A stretch of DNA of 64,000 nt from an uncultured Actinomycetota bacterium (GTDB lineage: Bacteria; Actinomycetota; Actinomycetes; Propionibacteriales; Nocardioidaceae). Where the stretch lies: positions 86,447-150,446 of the forward strand of contig CAWCDX010000007.1 of NCBI GenBank assembly GCA_963794435.1, given 5' to 3'. The notes below the pieces were generated by a model. That model searched no databases and was not told where the DNA came from. It worked only from the letters and a program-made list of their open reading frames with translations. Made by a program: the position numbers and the translations under genes. How positions within the stretch are numbered: the stretch's first letter is position 1; each line of letters begins with the position of its first letter. Below are positions 37,952 to 47,249 of the stretch, piece by piece.

Positions 37952-38368
37952 TCAGAGGGGGCCGAGGATGCGCGGGCCGGAACCGGGGGGCATCTGCCGA
38001 CCGGGACCGACCGAGCGTGTGGTCCGGTCACGCGAGGGACGGCGGCCGGGCCAGCTCTCGAAGTCCGGCTCCCAGGAGGTCGGGTCGTCATTGAGGCCGA
38101 CCAGGTAGGTCAGTGAGCAGTCCAGCGCCCGGGCGAGCTCGGGGAGCTTGCACACGTCCAGCCCGGCGCCGTGCTCGAGGGAGGAGAGCGCCTTGTTGGT
38201 GGTGGCCACGCCGATGCGGCGGAGTCGGGCGACGACCTCCTTCTGGGTCAGGCCCAGGTCGCGACGTCTGGTGCGGAGGCGCTCGCTGATGACGAGGTGA
38301 CGATGAGCCCCGAGCTCGTCGTAGGAGACGAGGCGGCCGGGGGATGCCGGGGCGAGCTCGGAGGTCAC
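37952..38368 (-). CDS. XRE-family helix-turn-helix transcriptional regulator
   Basis: 'RLRTRRRDLGLTQKEV..LSSLEHG..LPELARALDCSLTYLVG'. Confidence 0.85.
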   Translation of the reverse strand: MTSELAPASPGRLVSYDELGAHRHLVISERLRTRRRDLGLTQKEVVARLRRIGVATTNKALSSLEHGAGLDVCKLPELARALDCSLTYLVGLNDDPTSWEPDFESWPGRRPSRDRTTRSVGPGRQMPPGSGPRILGPL

Positions 38369-38637
38369 GGTGTGCTCCCTGTCATGTCGGCGAGGGGATA
38401 GACGGTGTAGCGCGAGAAGTTGAAGACCGGCGCCACGGCGAGGAGCCGCTCGAACTCCTCGTGCGACTCCACGTCGTAGATCCAGGCGCCGCCGTGGGCC
38501 CCGACGACGTGGTAGCGCATCAGCACCTTGCCCTGCTCCTCGAGACTGCTGCCGTACTCCGGCATCCGCGCGATCGAGCGCACCATCGAGTCCGAGAGCA
38601 GCGACTGCTCGAGGTTCCACAGCACGAGGAACTTCAT
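38365..38637 (-). CDS. Muconolactone isomerase-like / DUF3303-like dimeric alpha-beta barrel protein
   Basis: 90 aa; 'MKFLV...LEEQGK...GGAWIYDVESHEEF..LL...P.F....V.PL'. Confidence 0.7.
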   Translation of the reverse strand: MKFLVLWNLEQSLLSDSMVRSIARMPEYGSSLEEQGKVLMRYHVVGAHGGAWIYDVESHEEFERLLAVAPVFNFSRYTVYPLADMTGSTP

Positions 38638-39728
38638 CAACAGATCCGGGGGAGCTGCTCGCCGATGGGCAGGTCGACGACGCGCGAGGCCCCGAAACCG
38701 GTGACCGTGGAGACCATCCCTGGATGCTCCTCGACGCATTCGCCGATCGCGGTGGCGCCCGAGCCGGCGGGGTGCGCCCGCATCGCCTCGAGCACGGCAT
38801 CGGCATGCTCCGGCGGCACGAAGGCCACCAGCTTGCCCTCGTTGGCGACCTGGAGCGGGTCCAGACCCAGGAAGGCGCAGGCGTTGCCGACGACCTCCGG
38901 AACCGGGAGGTCCCGCTCCCGGAGCCGGATCCCGACGCCGGAAGCGACGGCGATCTCGTTCAACGAGGTGGCCACGCCGCCGCGGGTGGGGTCGCGCAGC
39001 ACGTGGAGGTCCGTGGTCGCGGCGAGCATCGCGGCGACCAGCCCGTTCAGCGGTTGGCAGTCGCTCTCGATCTCGGTGCCGAACTGGAGTCCCTCACGCA
39101 CGCTCATGATCGCTACGCCGTGGACCCCGATGTCGCCACTGACGATCACCACGTCGCCCGGCTCGGCCCGGTCGGGTCGGATGTCGATCCCGGCTGGGAC
39201 GAGCCCGAGCCCGGCGGTGTTGACGTAGATCTCGTCACCGTGCCCGGACTCGACGACCTTCGTGTCACCGGTGACGACTCGAACACCGGCCCTGCGGGCT
39301 GCGGCGCCGAGGCGCTCGGCCACCGCGCCGACCTTGGTCACGTCGGTGCCCTCCTCGAGGATGAACGCCGTCGACAGGACGAGTGCCTGCGCGCCGCTCA
39401 TGGCCAGGTCGTTGACGGTCCCGTTCACCGCCAGGTCGCCGATGCTGCCGCCGGGGAAGAACAGCGGGCGTACGACGAAGGAGTCGGTGGAGAAGGCGAG
39501 CCTGCTGCCGTTCACCTCGAGCACGGCGGAGTCTCCGAGCTGGGAGAGGGGATTCTCCGGGCTGTCGTCGGCGAAGCTCGGTAGGAACACGTGCTCGACC
39601 AGCTCCGCCGACATCGCCCCGCCGCCACCGTGACCCATCACGATCGTCGGGCTGTCGCGCAGCGGCAGGGGGCAGGTCCACCCCTCGAAGCTGACCGGCT
39701 GTTCGGAGAGTGCGATCTGCTCAACCAA
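38637..39728 (-). CDS. hypE: Hydrogenase maturation protein HypE
   Basis: [26 protein letters not shown]-terminal LPRIC. Confidence 0.97.
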   Translation of the reverse strand: MVEQIALSEQPVSFEGWTCPLPLRDSPTIVMGHGGGGAMSAELVEHVFLPSFADDSPENPLSQLGDSAVLEVNGSRLAFSTDSFVVRPLFFPGGSIGDLAVNGTVNDLAMSGAQALVLSTAFILEEGTDVTKVGAVAERLGAAARRAGVRVVTGDTKVVESGHGDEIYVNTAGLGLVPAGIDIRPDRAEPGDVVIVSGDIGVHGVAIMSVREGLQFGTEIESDCQPLNGLVAAMLAATTDLHVLRDPTRGGVATSLNEIAVASGVGIRLRERDLPVPEVVGNACAFLGLDPLQVANEGKLVAFVPPEHADAVLEAMRAHPAGSGATAIGECVEEHPGMVSTVTGFGASRVVDLPIGEQLPRIC

Positions 39729-40863
39729 CGGAGCTCACCTCCCGGGTTGTCTGGTCGGAGGTGGCCTGTGCCGGCACCTGCAGCCGCCGGTAGAGGTAGT
39801 ACGCCGCGCACGCACCCTCGGTGGAGACCATCGTGGCTCCGAGCGGGTTGCGCGGCGTGCACTCCTTGCCGAACGCCGCACACTCGTGCGGCTTGATCAG
39901 GCCCTGCAGGACCTCGCCGCTGCGGCAGATCTTCGACTCCTCGGTGTGGATGTCGCCCACGTGGAACCGATGCTCGGCGTCGTACTCGCGGTAGCGCTCA
40001 GAGAGGCGCCACCCGCTCTGCGGGATCATCCCGATGCCGCGCCAGGAGCGGTCGACGACCTCGAAGACGTCCTGGAGCATCTTGATCGCGACCGGATTTC
40101 CCTCGGGCGTGACCGCCCGCGCGTAGGCGTTCTCGACCTCGTGGCGGTCGGCCTCGAGCTGGTGGACGGTACGCCGGATCCCTTCGAGGATGTCGAGCGG
40201 CTCGAAGCCGGTGACCACGATCGGCACCCCGAACCGATCGGCCAGGGCGGGGTACTCGCCCATCCCCATCACCGTGCACACGTGCCCGGCCGCCAGGAAG
40301 GCCTGCACGCGGCAGTCGGGGGAGGTCATGATCGCCTCGATCGCCGGCGGCACCCGCACGTGGCTGACCAGCAGGCTGAAGTTCTCGATGCCGAGCTTCT
40401 TGGCCTGGTAGACGGTCATCGCGTTGGGCGGCGCCGTGGTCTCGAAGCCGATCCCGAAGAACACCACCTGCTTGTCCGGGTTCTCCCGGGCGATCGAGAG
40501 GGCGTCGAGCGGGGAGTAGACGACGCGCACGTCGCCGCCGGCGCTCTTGACCCGGAACAGGTCCTTCTCGCTGCCGGGGACGCGGAGCATGTCGCCGAAC
40601 GAGCAGAAGATCACGTCGGGTCGGCCCGCGATCTCCAGCGCCTTGTCGATCACCTCGAGGGGGGTCACGCAGACCGGACAGCCCGGCCCGTGGATCAGCT
40701 CGATCCCGTCGGGGAGCAGCTGGTCGAGGCCGTGCCGGATGATCGAGTGGGTCTGGCCGCCGCAGACCTCCATCATCGCCCAGGGTGAGGTGGTGGTGGC
40801 GTGGATGTCGTCGAGGAGCCGCTTGGCCAGCTCGGGGTCGGAGAACTCGTCGAGGTACTTCAT
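39721..40863 (-). CDS. hypD: Hydrogenase formation protein HypD
   Basis: [29 protein letters not shown]. Confidence 0.97.
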   Translation of the reverse strand: MKYLDEFSDPELAKRLLDDIHATTTSPWAMMEVCGGQTHSIIRHGLDQLLPDGIELIHGPGCPVCVTPLEVIDKALEIAGRPDVIFCSFGDMLRVPGSEKDLFRVKSAGGDVRVVYSPLDALSIARENPDKQVVFFGIGFETTAPPNAMTVYQAKKLGIENFSLLVSHVRVPPAIEAIMTSPDCRVQAFLAAGHVCTVMGMGEYPALADRFGVPIVVTGFEPLDILEGIRRTVHQLEADRHEVENAYARAVTPEGNPVAIKMLQDVFEVVDRSWRGIGMIPQSGWRLSERYREYDAEHRFHVGDIHTEESKICRSGEVLQGLIKPHECAAFGKECTPRNPLGATMVSTEGACAAYYLYRRLQVPAQATSDQTTREVSSVG

Positions 40864-41183
40864 CGCGAGCTCCCGTCGGTCATCTCCGGGGCGAGGTCGG
40901 GCCGCGGCAGCCCTGCCTGCTCGGCCGCGATGCCCCAGTGGTCGCCGAACTCGGTGTCCAGCTCGCCCATCTGGCGGAAGATCTCGAGGGTCTCCTTCGC
41001 CGACTGCTCGTCGAGCCGCTGCAGCGCGAAGCCCACGTGGACGATGGTGTACTCACCCACCTCGAGGTCCGGCACGTACTCCAGGCACACCTCCTTGGTG
41101 ACCCCGCCGAAGTCGACTTGAGCGATCCGGGTCCCGTCCCTCTCGCTGATCTCCAGGACCTGTCCTGGCACGGCTAGGCACAT
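40860..41183 (-). CDS. hypC: Hydrogenase chaperone HypC
   Basis: MCLAVPG, VHVGFA. Confidence 0.97.
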   Translation of the reverse strand: MCLAVPGQVLEISERDGTRIAQVDFGGVTKEVCLEYVPDLEVGEYTIVHVGFALQRLDEQSAKETLEIFRQMGELDTEFGDHWGIAAEQAGLPRPDLAPEMTDGSSR

Positions 41184-43519
41184 GCTGACTCCTCTCCCGA
41201 CGGCTCGAGCTCTTCGAGCCGTTCCTGCAACGGGCTGCTGCGGTGCGCGAGCACGGCAACCTGACCCAGAGCGATCCCGGCGTCACTGGCGGGGACCAAC
41301 GTGTGGCGGAGCACCTCGAAGCCGGCGTCGGTGAGGGCGGAGGCGCATGCTGAGGTGAGGAAGGCATTGAGGAAGACACCGCCGCTGAGCGTGGCAGTGC
41401 CCAGGCCGGTCTCGTCGCGCAGCCGCACGAGCACGTCGACGACCAGGTCGACCACGCCTTGCTGGAACCGGGCGGCGACGAGGCCGGGATCGACGCCGGC
41501 CAGCACGTCGGCGGCCGCTGCGCCCACCACGAGGGCAGGGTCGGCGCCCTCGCCGAACGCGTACCCGGCGGCCCCCCGAAACCGCCGGGCGCGCGCCTCG
41601 AGCTCCATCGCCCCCTGGGCGTCGTACCCGGCGCGATGGCAGATGCCGGCGATCGAGCCGACGGCGTCGAAGAGTCGACCCATGCTGGAGGTAGGCGCGC
41701 AGCGCAGCCCGGACTCCAGCTGCCGCTCGAGCAGCGTGAGCTCGACGTCGTCGCAGGCACGGACGCTGGGCAGGCGGGCATCCCAGTCAACGCCGGCCCG
41801 ACGCAGGTGGGACAGGGCCATCCGGCACGGGTTGCGGACCCCGGCGTCGCCGCCGGGCAGGTCGACGTAGGCGAGGTGCGCGGCCCGTTCGTACGACGCG
41901 TAGTCGGCGACCAGGAACTCGCCTCCCCAGGCGGCGCCGTCATCGCCGTAGCCGGTCCCGTCGAAGGCGACGCCCAGCACCCGCCGTGAGGCCAGGCCGT
42001 TCTCGGCCATCGTCGAGGCCACATGGGCGTGGTGGTGCTGCACGTCCGCGACCGGCCTGCCCTGCGCGTGCTCGAGTGCCCACCGACGCGATCGGTACGC
42101 CGGGTGCCGGTCGGCAGCGAGCGCGGCGGGGGAGACGCCGGTCAGCATCTCCAGATGACGCTCGGCCGAGGTGAAAGCGGCGAACGTGGCGAGGTCCTCC
42201 ATGTCGCCGACGTGGCCCGACATCCAGGCGAGCCCACCCTCGGCGAGACAGAAGGTGTTCTTCAGGTCGGCACCGACCGCAAGTGTCGGCGGCGTCTCGA
42301 ACGGCAGCGCGAGCGGAAGCGGCGCATGCCCTCGTGAGCGCCGGACCGGTGACTCCACGCCGGCCACTGCCCGGGTCACCGAGTCGTCGCACGGCACGTG
42401 GATCGGCCGGTCGTGGGCCAGCCAGGCGTCGGCGAGGTCCGCGAGCCGGTGAAGAGAGTCGTCGTCGTCGGTCACGATCGGCTCACCGGCGAGGTTTCCG
42501 CTGGTCATCACCAGCGCCTCGGGACCGGGAGGGTCGCCGGGAAGGCCCAGCAGGAGGTGCTGCAGCGGGGCGTAGGCGAGCAGCACGCCGAGGTCGTCAC
42601 TGCCCGGCGCCACCGAGTCCGCGACGGCACCTGGCCTGCCCTGGGCGAGCACGATCGGACGGCTCCTCCCCGCGAGCAGGCCGGCCTCCACCTCGTCGAG
42701 CACCACCAGGCGCCGAGCGTCGTCGAGAGCGCGCACCATGACCGCGAACGGCTTGTCGCCGCGCTGCTTGCGCTTGCGCAGCATCGCCACGGCCTGTTCG
42801 TCCCGGGCGTCGCAGGCCAGGTGGTAGCCACCGATCCCCTTGACCGCCAGCACCGCCCCTTGGCCCAGCAGCCGGCGCGCCTCCTGGAGCGCGTCGTCGT
42901 CGTACGACGGCTCGCCGTCGTGCCCGAGGAGGCGCACGCGAGGACCGCAGTCGGGGCAGCACACCGTCTGGGCGTGGAACCGGCGATCGTCAGGGTCGGC
43001 GTACTCCCGCTCGCACGCGGCACAGAGCGCGAACCCCGCCATCGTCGTGGTCGGCCGGTCGTAGGGGAGCCCGGTGGTGATGGTGAACCGCGGGCCGCAG
43101 TTGGTGCACGTGACGAAGGGGTGCCGGTAGCGGCGGTTCGCCGGGTCCCGGAGGTCCTGGAGGCAGTCGTCGCAGATGGTGACGTCCGGGGCCACGAAGG
43201 TGTGGCCTGCTCCCGTCTCGGACTCACGGATCGTGAAGCCGGTGCCGCCCCTCAGGCGAATCGTGGTGGCCTCGACCTCGACAACATGGGCCAAGGGAGG
43301 AGCCTCGGTCTGCACCCGTCGGCAGAAGGCCGCGGTCTCGGCCTCTGCTCCCTCGACCTCGACGACGACGCCTCCGCCGGTGTTCCAGACGCTGCCGGAA
43401 AGGCCCAGGGACCGGGCGAGCGCGTAGGCGAAGGGGCGGAAGCCGACGCCCTGCACCGTCCCGCGGACGACGACTCGGCGTCGCACGCGCGTTCCCGAGG
43501 ACAAATTGCCCACACGCAT
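41174..43519 (-). CDS. hypF: Carbamoyltransferase HypF
   Basis: VQGVGFRP, zinc fingers CTNCGPR and CPDCGP, KGIGG, QHHHAH, DGTGYG. Confidence 0.97.
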   Translation of the reverse strand: MRVGNLSSGTRVRRRVVVRGTVQGVGFRPFAYALARSLGLSGSVWNTGGGVVVEVEGAEAETAAFCRRVQTEAPPLAHVVEVEATTIRLRGGTGFTIRESETGAGHTFVAPDVTICDDCLQDLRDPANRRYRHPFVTCTNCGPRFTITTGLPYDRPTTTMAGFALCAACEREYADPDDRRFHAQTVCCPDCGPRVRLLGHDGEPSYDDDALQEARRLLGQGAVLAVKGIGGYHLACDARDEQAVAMLRKRKQRGDKPFAVMVRALDDARRLVVLDEVEAGLLAGRSRPIVLAQGRPGAVADSVAPGSDDLGVLLAYAPLQHLLLGLPGDPPGPEALVMTSGNLAGEPIVTDDDDSLHRLADLADAWLAHDRPIHVPCDDSVTRAVAGVESPVRRSRGHAPLPLALPFETPPTLAVGADLKNTFCLAEGGLAWMSGHVGDMEDLATFAAFTSAERHLEMLTGVSPAALAADRHPAYRSRRWALEHAQGRPVADVQHHHAHVASTMAENGLASRRVLGVAFDGTGYGDDGAAWGGEFLVADYASYERAAHLAYVDLPGGDAGVRNPCRMALSHLRRAGVDWDARLPSVRACDDVELTLLERQLESGLRCAPTSSMGRLFDAVGSIAGICHRAGYDAQGAMELEARARRFRGAAGYAFGEGADPALVVGAAAADVLAGVDPGLVAARFQQGVVDLVVDVLVRLRDETGLGTATLSGGVFLNAFLTSACASALTDAGFEVLRHTLVPASDAGIALGQVAVLAHRSSPLQERLEELEPSGEESACA

Positions 43520-43731
43520 CGCATCCCGTGGCGAGACGGCTGTCGGGTTGGTCCGGCGAGCGGCAGGGTCCGGGTCGGTTCGGTCGGGCCGACGAGGCAG
43601 TCAGTTGATGATCTTGATCGCTGTCGGCCAATCTACGACTCCCGGACTCCGAGCGCCACGGAGCGCGGGGGCCAATCTCGGGTGCTGACCCGCCATCTCA
43701 CCCGGAGGCCGGCGCGGGTCAGTCGGGACGG

Positions 43732-46266
43732 TCAGTCGGGCGGTGCTGCCTGCCGCGATCGAGTTCGGCCGTACGACGTGGTGGCGATGCCGAGGCCGAC
43801 CAGCAGCACGCCGAGGAGCGCCCACGGCGCGGCTGGACCACCCGTGTCCGGCAGGGTGCTGAAGACGTCCGCGGTCCCGTTGTTGCCCGACGGCCCACCG
43901 GTGCCCGGCTGGGGAGTGGGGGTCGGCGTGGGGGTCGGGGTCGGCGGCTGCACCCGGGCGTCGTCGTTGACGATCGTGCAGATCACGTCGTCCGCGTCGA
44001 CCAGCGTCAGGCTGGTGCCGTCGAGCGTGCCGCCGGTGCAATTCCAGTCGCCGGCCTCGTAGCCGTCGGGACCGTTGCCCTCGGCCAGCGTGTAGGTGCC
44101 AGGAGTCACGTCGGCGTTGGTGATCACCCCGTCACCGGTGCGGCCGCTGATGGTCGTGGGCCCGGCGGCCGACAGGGTCCAGTCCCTCGCCGTGGCGGTG
44201 CCGCCGTCGTCGTTGACGACCTCCTTGACCAGGGTCAGCTGCGCGGTCTCGGGCGGCAAGGTCGGGATGTCGTTGTTGGTGATGCTGCAGATGGCGTCGT
44301 CACCGTCGGCGAGGGTGAGGGTCGAGCCGGTCAGGGTGCCTCCCTCGCACTCCCAGTCGCTCGCGCGGTAGCCAGGGGGTCCGCCGCTCTCGGCCAAGGT
44401 GTAGGTCCCGGGCGCCACGATCGCGTTGGTGATGGCGCCGTCGCCGAAGGACCCGCTGATCGTCGAGGGTCCCGTGGCAGACAGGGTCCAGTCGGTGTCC
44501 GCAGCGGTGCCACCGTCGTCGTTGATCACCTGCTTGACCAGGGTGAGCTGGGCGGCGCTGCCCGGCATCTCGGGGATGTCGTTGTTGGTGATCGTGCACG
44601 TCACGTCGTCACCGTCGGCCAGGGTCAAGGTGTCGCCCGTCAGTGCCCCACCGCTGCAGTCCCAGTCGCTGGCGTCGTACCCGGGCGGGCCGCCGCTCTC
44701 GGCAAGGGTGTAGTCGCCCGGAGGGAGGGGGGCGTTGGTGATCGCGAGGTCACCGGTCTGCCCGGAGATCGTCGGGGGTCCGGTGGCGGACAGGGTCCAG
44801 TCGGTGTCGGCGGCGGTGCCGCCGTCGTCGTTGATCACCTGCTTGACCAGGGTCAGCTGGGCCTGGGCAGGCGGGGTCGTGGGGATGTCGTTGTTGGTGA
44901 TCGTGCAGGTCACGTCGTCGCCGTCGGCCAGGGTCAGCCGGCCGCCGACCTGTGTCCCTCCGTCACACCTCCACGGCCCCGTGGCGTAGCCGCTGGGACC
45001 GCCGCTCTCGGCGAGGTCGTACTGCCCGGGAGCCACGGTGGCGTCGGTCACCGCTGCGGACCCGGTGGCCCCGCTGATGTTCGTCGGGCCGGATGCCGAG
45101 AGGGTCCAGTCCGTCGCTGCCGCGGTGCCCCCGTCGTCGTTGACCACCTTCTTGACCAGGGTGAGCCTCGCGGAGCTGGAGCACGAGAGCGTGGTGTCGA
45201 ACGGGAACTTGTGGATCTCGCGGAGCGAGCTGCCTCGATTCAGTGGGCCGTGGGAGAAGCTCGCGGCGATCACGTTGCCCTCGATGTTCTGGGTCGGCGC
45301 CCAGACCACGGTGGCGTTGGGCGCGTAGATCGTTCCCTCGAGGGTGGCGCCACCGGTGACCAGGACCGAGCTGGCCGACGCGAAGTTCCAGAGCATGAAC
45401 GGCGCCTGGTTCCCGGACACACCGGCGAGGTTGGGCGTCGTGCCGGAGAAGTTGCCGACCACGTTGACCAGCAGCGGCGTCGAGGCCGTGGGCGGGTTGG
45501 TGAAGGTGATCTCGGAGAGGTTGTCGAGCTCGTCGCCGGTCAGGGTCAGCACGTTGGTCTGCCCGGTCGTGAGGGTCAGACGGCCCGACGCACCCGGTGC
45601 GATCGGCCGGGGGAGGGGCGTGCCCTGGGTGTCACGGAGCAGGACCGAGGTCGGGCAGTCCGCCATCTGCTGGGTCAGGGTGCGGTACTTCGCGAACGCG
45701 GCGTCCATGTCGATCAGGTTGGTCGGCACGGGGGTGCCGATGGACGCGGGCGTCTGCTGGTTGGTCCGTCCGTCGATGAACCGGCTGGAGCTGTAGGGCT
45801 GTCCCTTCGGGACGATCCGGTAGTTGACCAGGGCGTTGTTGTTGTCGCGGTTGAACGCGTCGTACGTCGTGGTGTCGGCGATCTTGGTGAACCCCTGGTT
45901 CTCGACGTTGACCGCGAAGGAGCCCGGCCCCCAGGTCACGCCACCGCGCACGTAGAGGTAGGTCTGGCGGGCGTCGCCGGGCGCGGTGAACGTCGGCACG
46001 GGGGTCCCGCCCGCGGCGATCTGGTAGTTCTTCACCAGGGTCAGGTCGCCCCCGACGGCGATGGTGCTCTCGGACTCGTCGTTGGCCAGGCGGACGTTGC
46101 CCTCCACGAAGACCCCGAAGCCGCTGTTGGCGGGATGGCCGTTGATCGGGACGGTCACCGGGTTGACCGGGGCGAGGGCGGTCGCCGACTGGGGGACGAC
46201 CAGCACCAGCATCCCTGCCACGAGAGCAGTCAGCAGGCTGCCGACAGCCATCCGGTGCGGTCGCAT
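43732..46266 (-). CDS. Sortase-anchored surface protein: choice-of-anchor A-like head plus four isopeptide-type stalk repeats
   Basis: Signal peptide (..ATA-LAP), four repeats, PT linker, LPDTG followed by TM and basic tail. Confidence 0.85.
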   Translation of the reverse strand: MRPHRMAVGSLLTALVAGMLVLVVPQSATALAPVNPVTVPINGHPANSGFGVFVEGNVRLANDESESTIAVGGDLTLVKNYQIAAGGTPVPTFTAPGDARQTYLYVRGGVTWGPGSFAVNVENQGFTKIADTTTYDAFNRDNNNALVNYRIVPKGQPYSSSRFIDGRTNQQTPASIGTPVPTNLIDMDAAFAKYRTLTQQMADCPTSVLLRDTQGTPLPRPIAPGASGRLTLTTGQTNVLTLTGDELDNLSEITFTNPPTASTPLLVNVVGNFSGTTPNLAGVSGNQAPFMLWNFASASSVLVTGGATLEGTIYAPNATVVWAPTQNIEGNVIAASFSHGPLNRGSSLREIHKFPFDTTLSCSSSARLTLVKKVVNDDGGTAAATDWTLSASGPTNISGATGSAAVTDATVAPGQYDLAESGGPSGYATGPWRCDGGTQVGGRLTLADGDDVTCTITNNDIPTTPPAQAQLTLVKQVINDDGGTAADTDWTLSATGPPTISGQTGDLAITNAPLPPGDYTLAESGGPPGYDASDWDCSGGALTGDTLTLADGDDVTCTITNNDIPEMPGSAAQLTLVKQVINDDGGTAADTDWTLSATGPSTISGSFGDGAITNAIVAPGTYTLAESGGPPGYRASDWECEGGTLTGSTLTLADGDDAICSITNNDIPTLPPETAQLTLVKEVVNDDGGTATARDWTLSAAGPTTISGRTGDGVITNADVTPGTYTLAEGNGPDGYEAGDWNCTGGTLDGTSLTLVDADDVICTIVNDDARVQPPTPTPTPTPTPQPGTGGPSGNNGTADVFSTLPDTGGPAAPWALLGVLLVGLGIATTSYGRTRSRQAAPPD
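43960..45170 (-). repeat. Four 309-bp (103-aa) intragenic domain repeats
   Basis: CTTGACCAGGGT at 44224, 44533, 44842 and 45151. Confidence 0.92.
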
Positions 46267-46348
46267 CGGCCCTCCCCAGAGTCGAACACGTGCTTCCGGC
46301 GACGACGTTAGTCCTGTTCGTCCCTTTCGGATAGGGACGGTCGTGGCG

Positions 46349-46646
46349 TCAGTGCCCCGGCTCGGCATCGCCGAGCCGGCGTGCGTGCTCCAGCGCCGCC
46401 TCGACGTCAGGCCAGACGCACCCGGCCTCCTCCTGCTCGGCGAACCACTCCGAGCGGTGCAGGACGGCCAGCGTCGTCGGCCTGAGCTCGGCGTACAGCA
46501 GCGTCACGCCGAGGAGCACGGCGTCGTCGCGGATGACCCGCAGGGTCTCGGCCAGGGGCACCGTGACGGTTCGGACGTCCGACCCCTCCAGCACGAGCGC
46601 CTGGAAGGAGCCGGCGCTCCGCCGTCTCCACTCCGGGTGAGGTCAC
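46349..46646 (-). pseudogene. Stand-alone STAS-like domain fragment (start uncertain or frameshifted)
   Basis: 'ALVLEGSDV..VTVPLAETL...GVTLLYAELRP..LAVL.RS...VWPDVEAAL' resembles the C-terminal half of STAS; GTG 46646 is coupled to the upstream stop but out of frame. Confidence 0.45.
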
Positions 46647-47134
46647 TTCGGCTTCCGCGGCAGGGCGCGCACCTGACGGATGTGGGCCGACACCAGGCTG
46701 GCAGCGGCCGCGACGAAGACCAGGTCGAAGACGATCTGGATCATCACCAGGACGCGCGCCGCCTGGCCGGTGGCGTGCACGTCGCCGAAGCCGATGGTCG
46801 ACAGGGTCGACATGGAGAAGTAGAGCGCGTCGACCCTCGTGTGCAGCCCGGCGACCTGGTCCGGGTTGTGCCGGGCCAAGAGGTAGAAGCCGAAGGCGAA
46901 GAAGACCACCACGACGACGATGGCCAGGACCAGTCCCTCGATGCGGCGCTCGGAGTCCTCCGCGTGGACGCGCAGCTGGTAGATCATGCCGGCGGCCAGG
47001 ATGCTCAGCGCGACCAGGGCGATGAGCGTGCGCACGAGGCCGCTGGGATGGAGCTGGTCCTCCACCGGGACCACGAAGTAGGTGACCAGGATCAAGGCCA
47101 ACATGGCCACCAGGGTCAGCACCCGTCGGGTCAC
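46643..47134 (-). CDS. Potassium channel family protein (Ion_trans_2)
   Basis: Pore 'DALYFSMSTLSTIGFGDV'. Confidence 0.9.
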   Translation of the reverse strand: MTRRVLTLVAMLALILVTYFVVPVEDQLHPSGLVRTLIALVALSILAAGMIYQLRVHAEDSERRIEGLVLAIVVVVVFFAFGFYLLARHNPDQVAGLHTRVDALYFSMSTLSTIGFGDVHATGQAARVLVMIQIVFDLVFVAAAASLVSAHIRQVRALPRKPK

Positions 47135-47198
47135 GTTCGCCCTCCCTCGGTCGGTCCGTCGGTGCCTTCGACCGTGGTCCATCGCGTGGTCGCCCGGT

Positions 47199-47215
47199 TC
47201 ACCCGGACAGGGTGA
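47199..47215. promoter_or_regulatory. 17-bp palindrome, putative LuxR(MalT-like) activator site
   Basis: TCACCC-GGACA-GGGTGA between divergent genes; -10-like hexamers 21-22 nt away on both strands. Confidence 0.7.
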
Positions 47216-47249
47216 TCGTCACAGCGTCGGCCGTGGCACCGTGTGACCC

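Noticed and set aside
46318-46334. Sixth island palindrome (TCGTCC-N5-GGATAG) upstream of the adhesin
   Set aside because: Degenerate and only 7 nt from the best -10 (TAACGT), unlike the 21-23 nt spacing of the others
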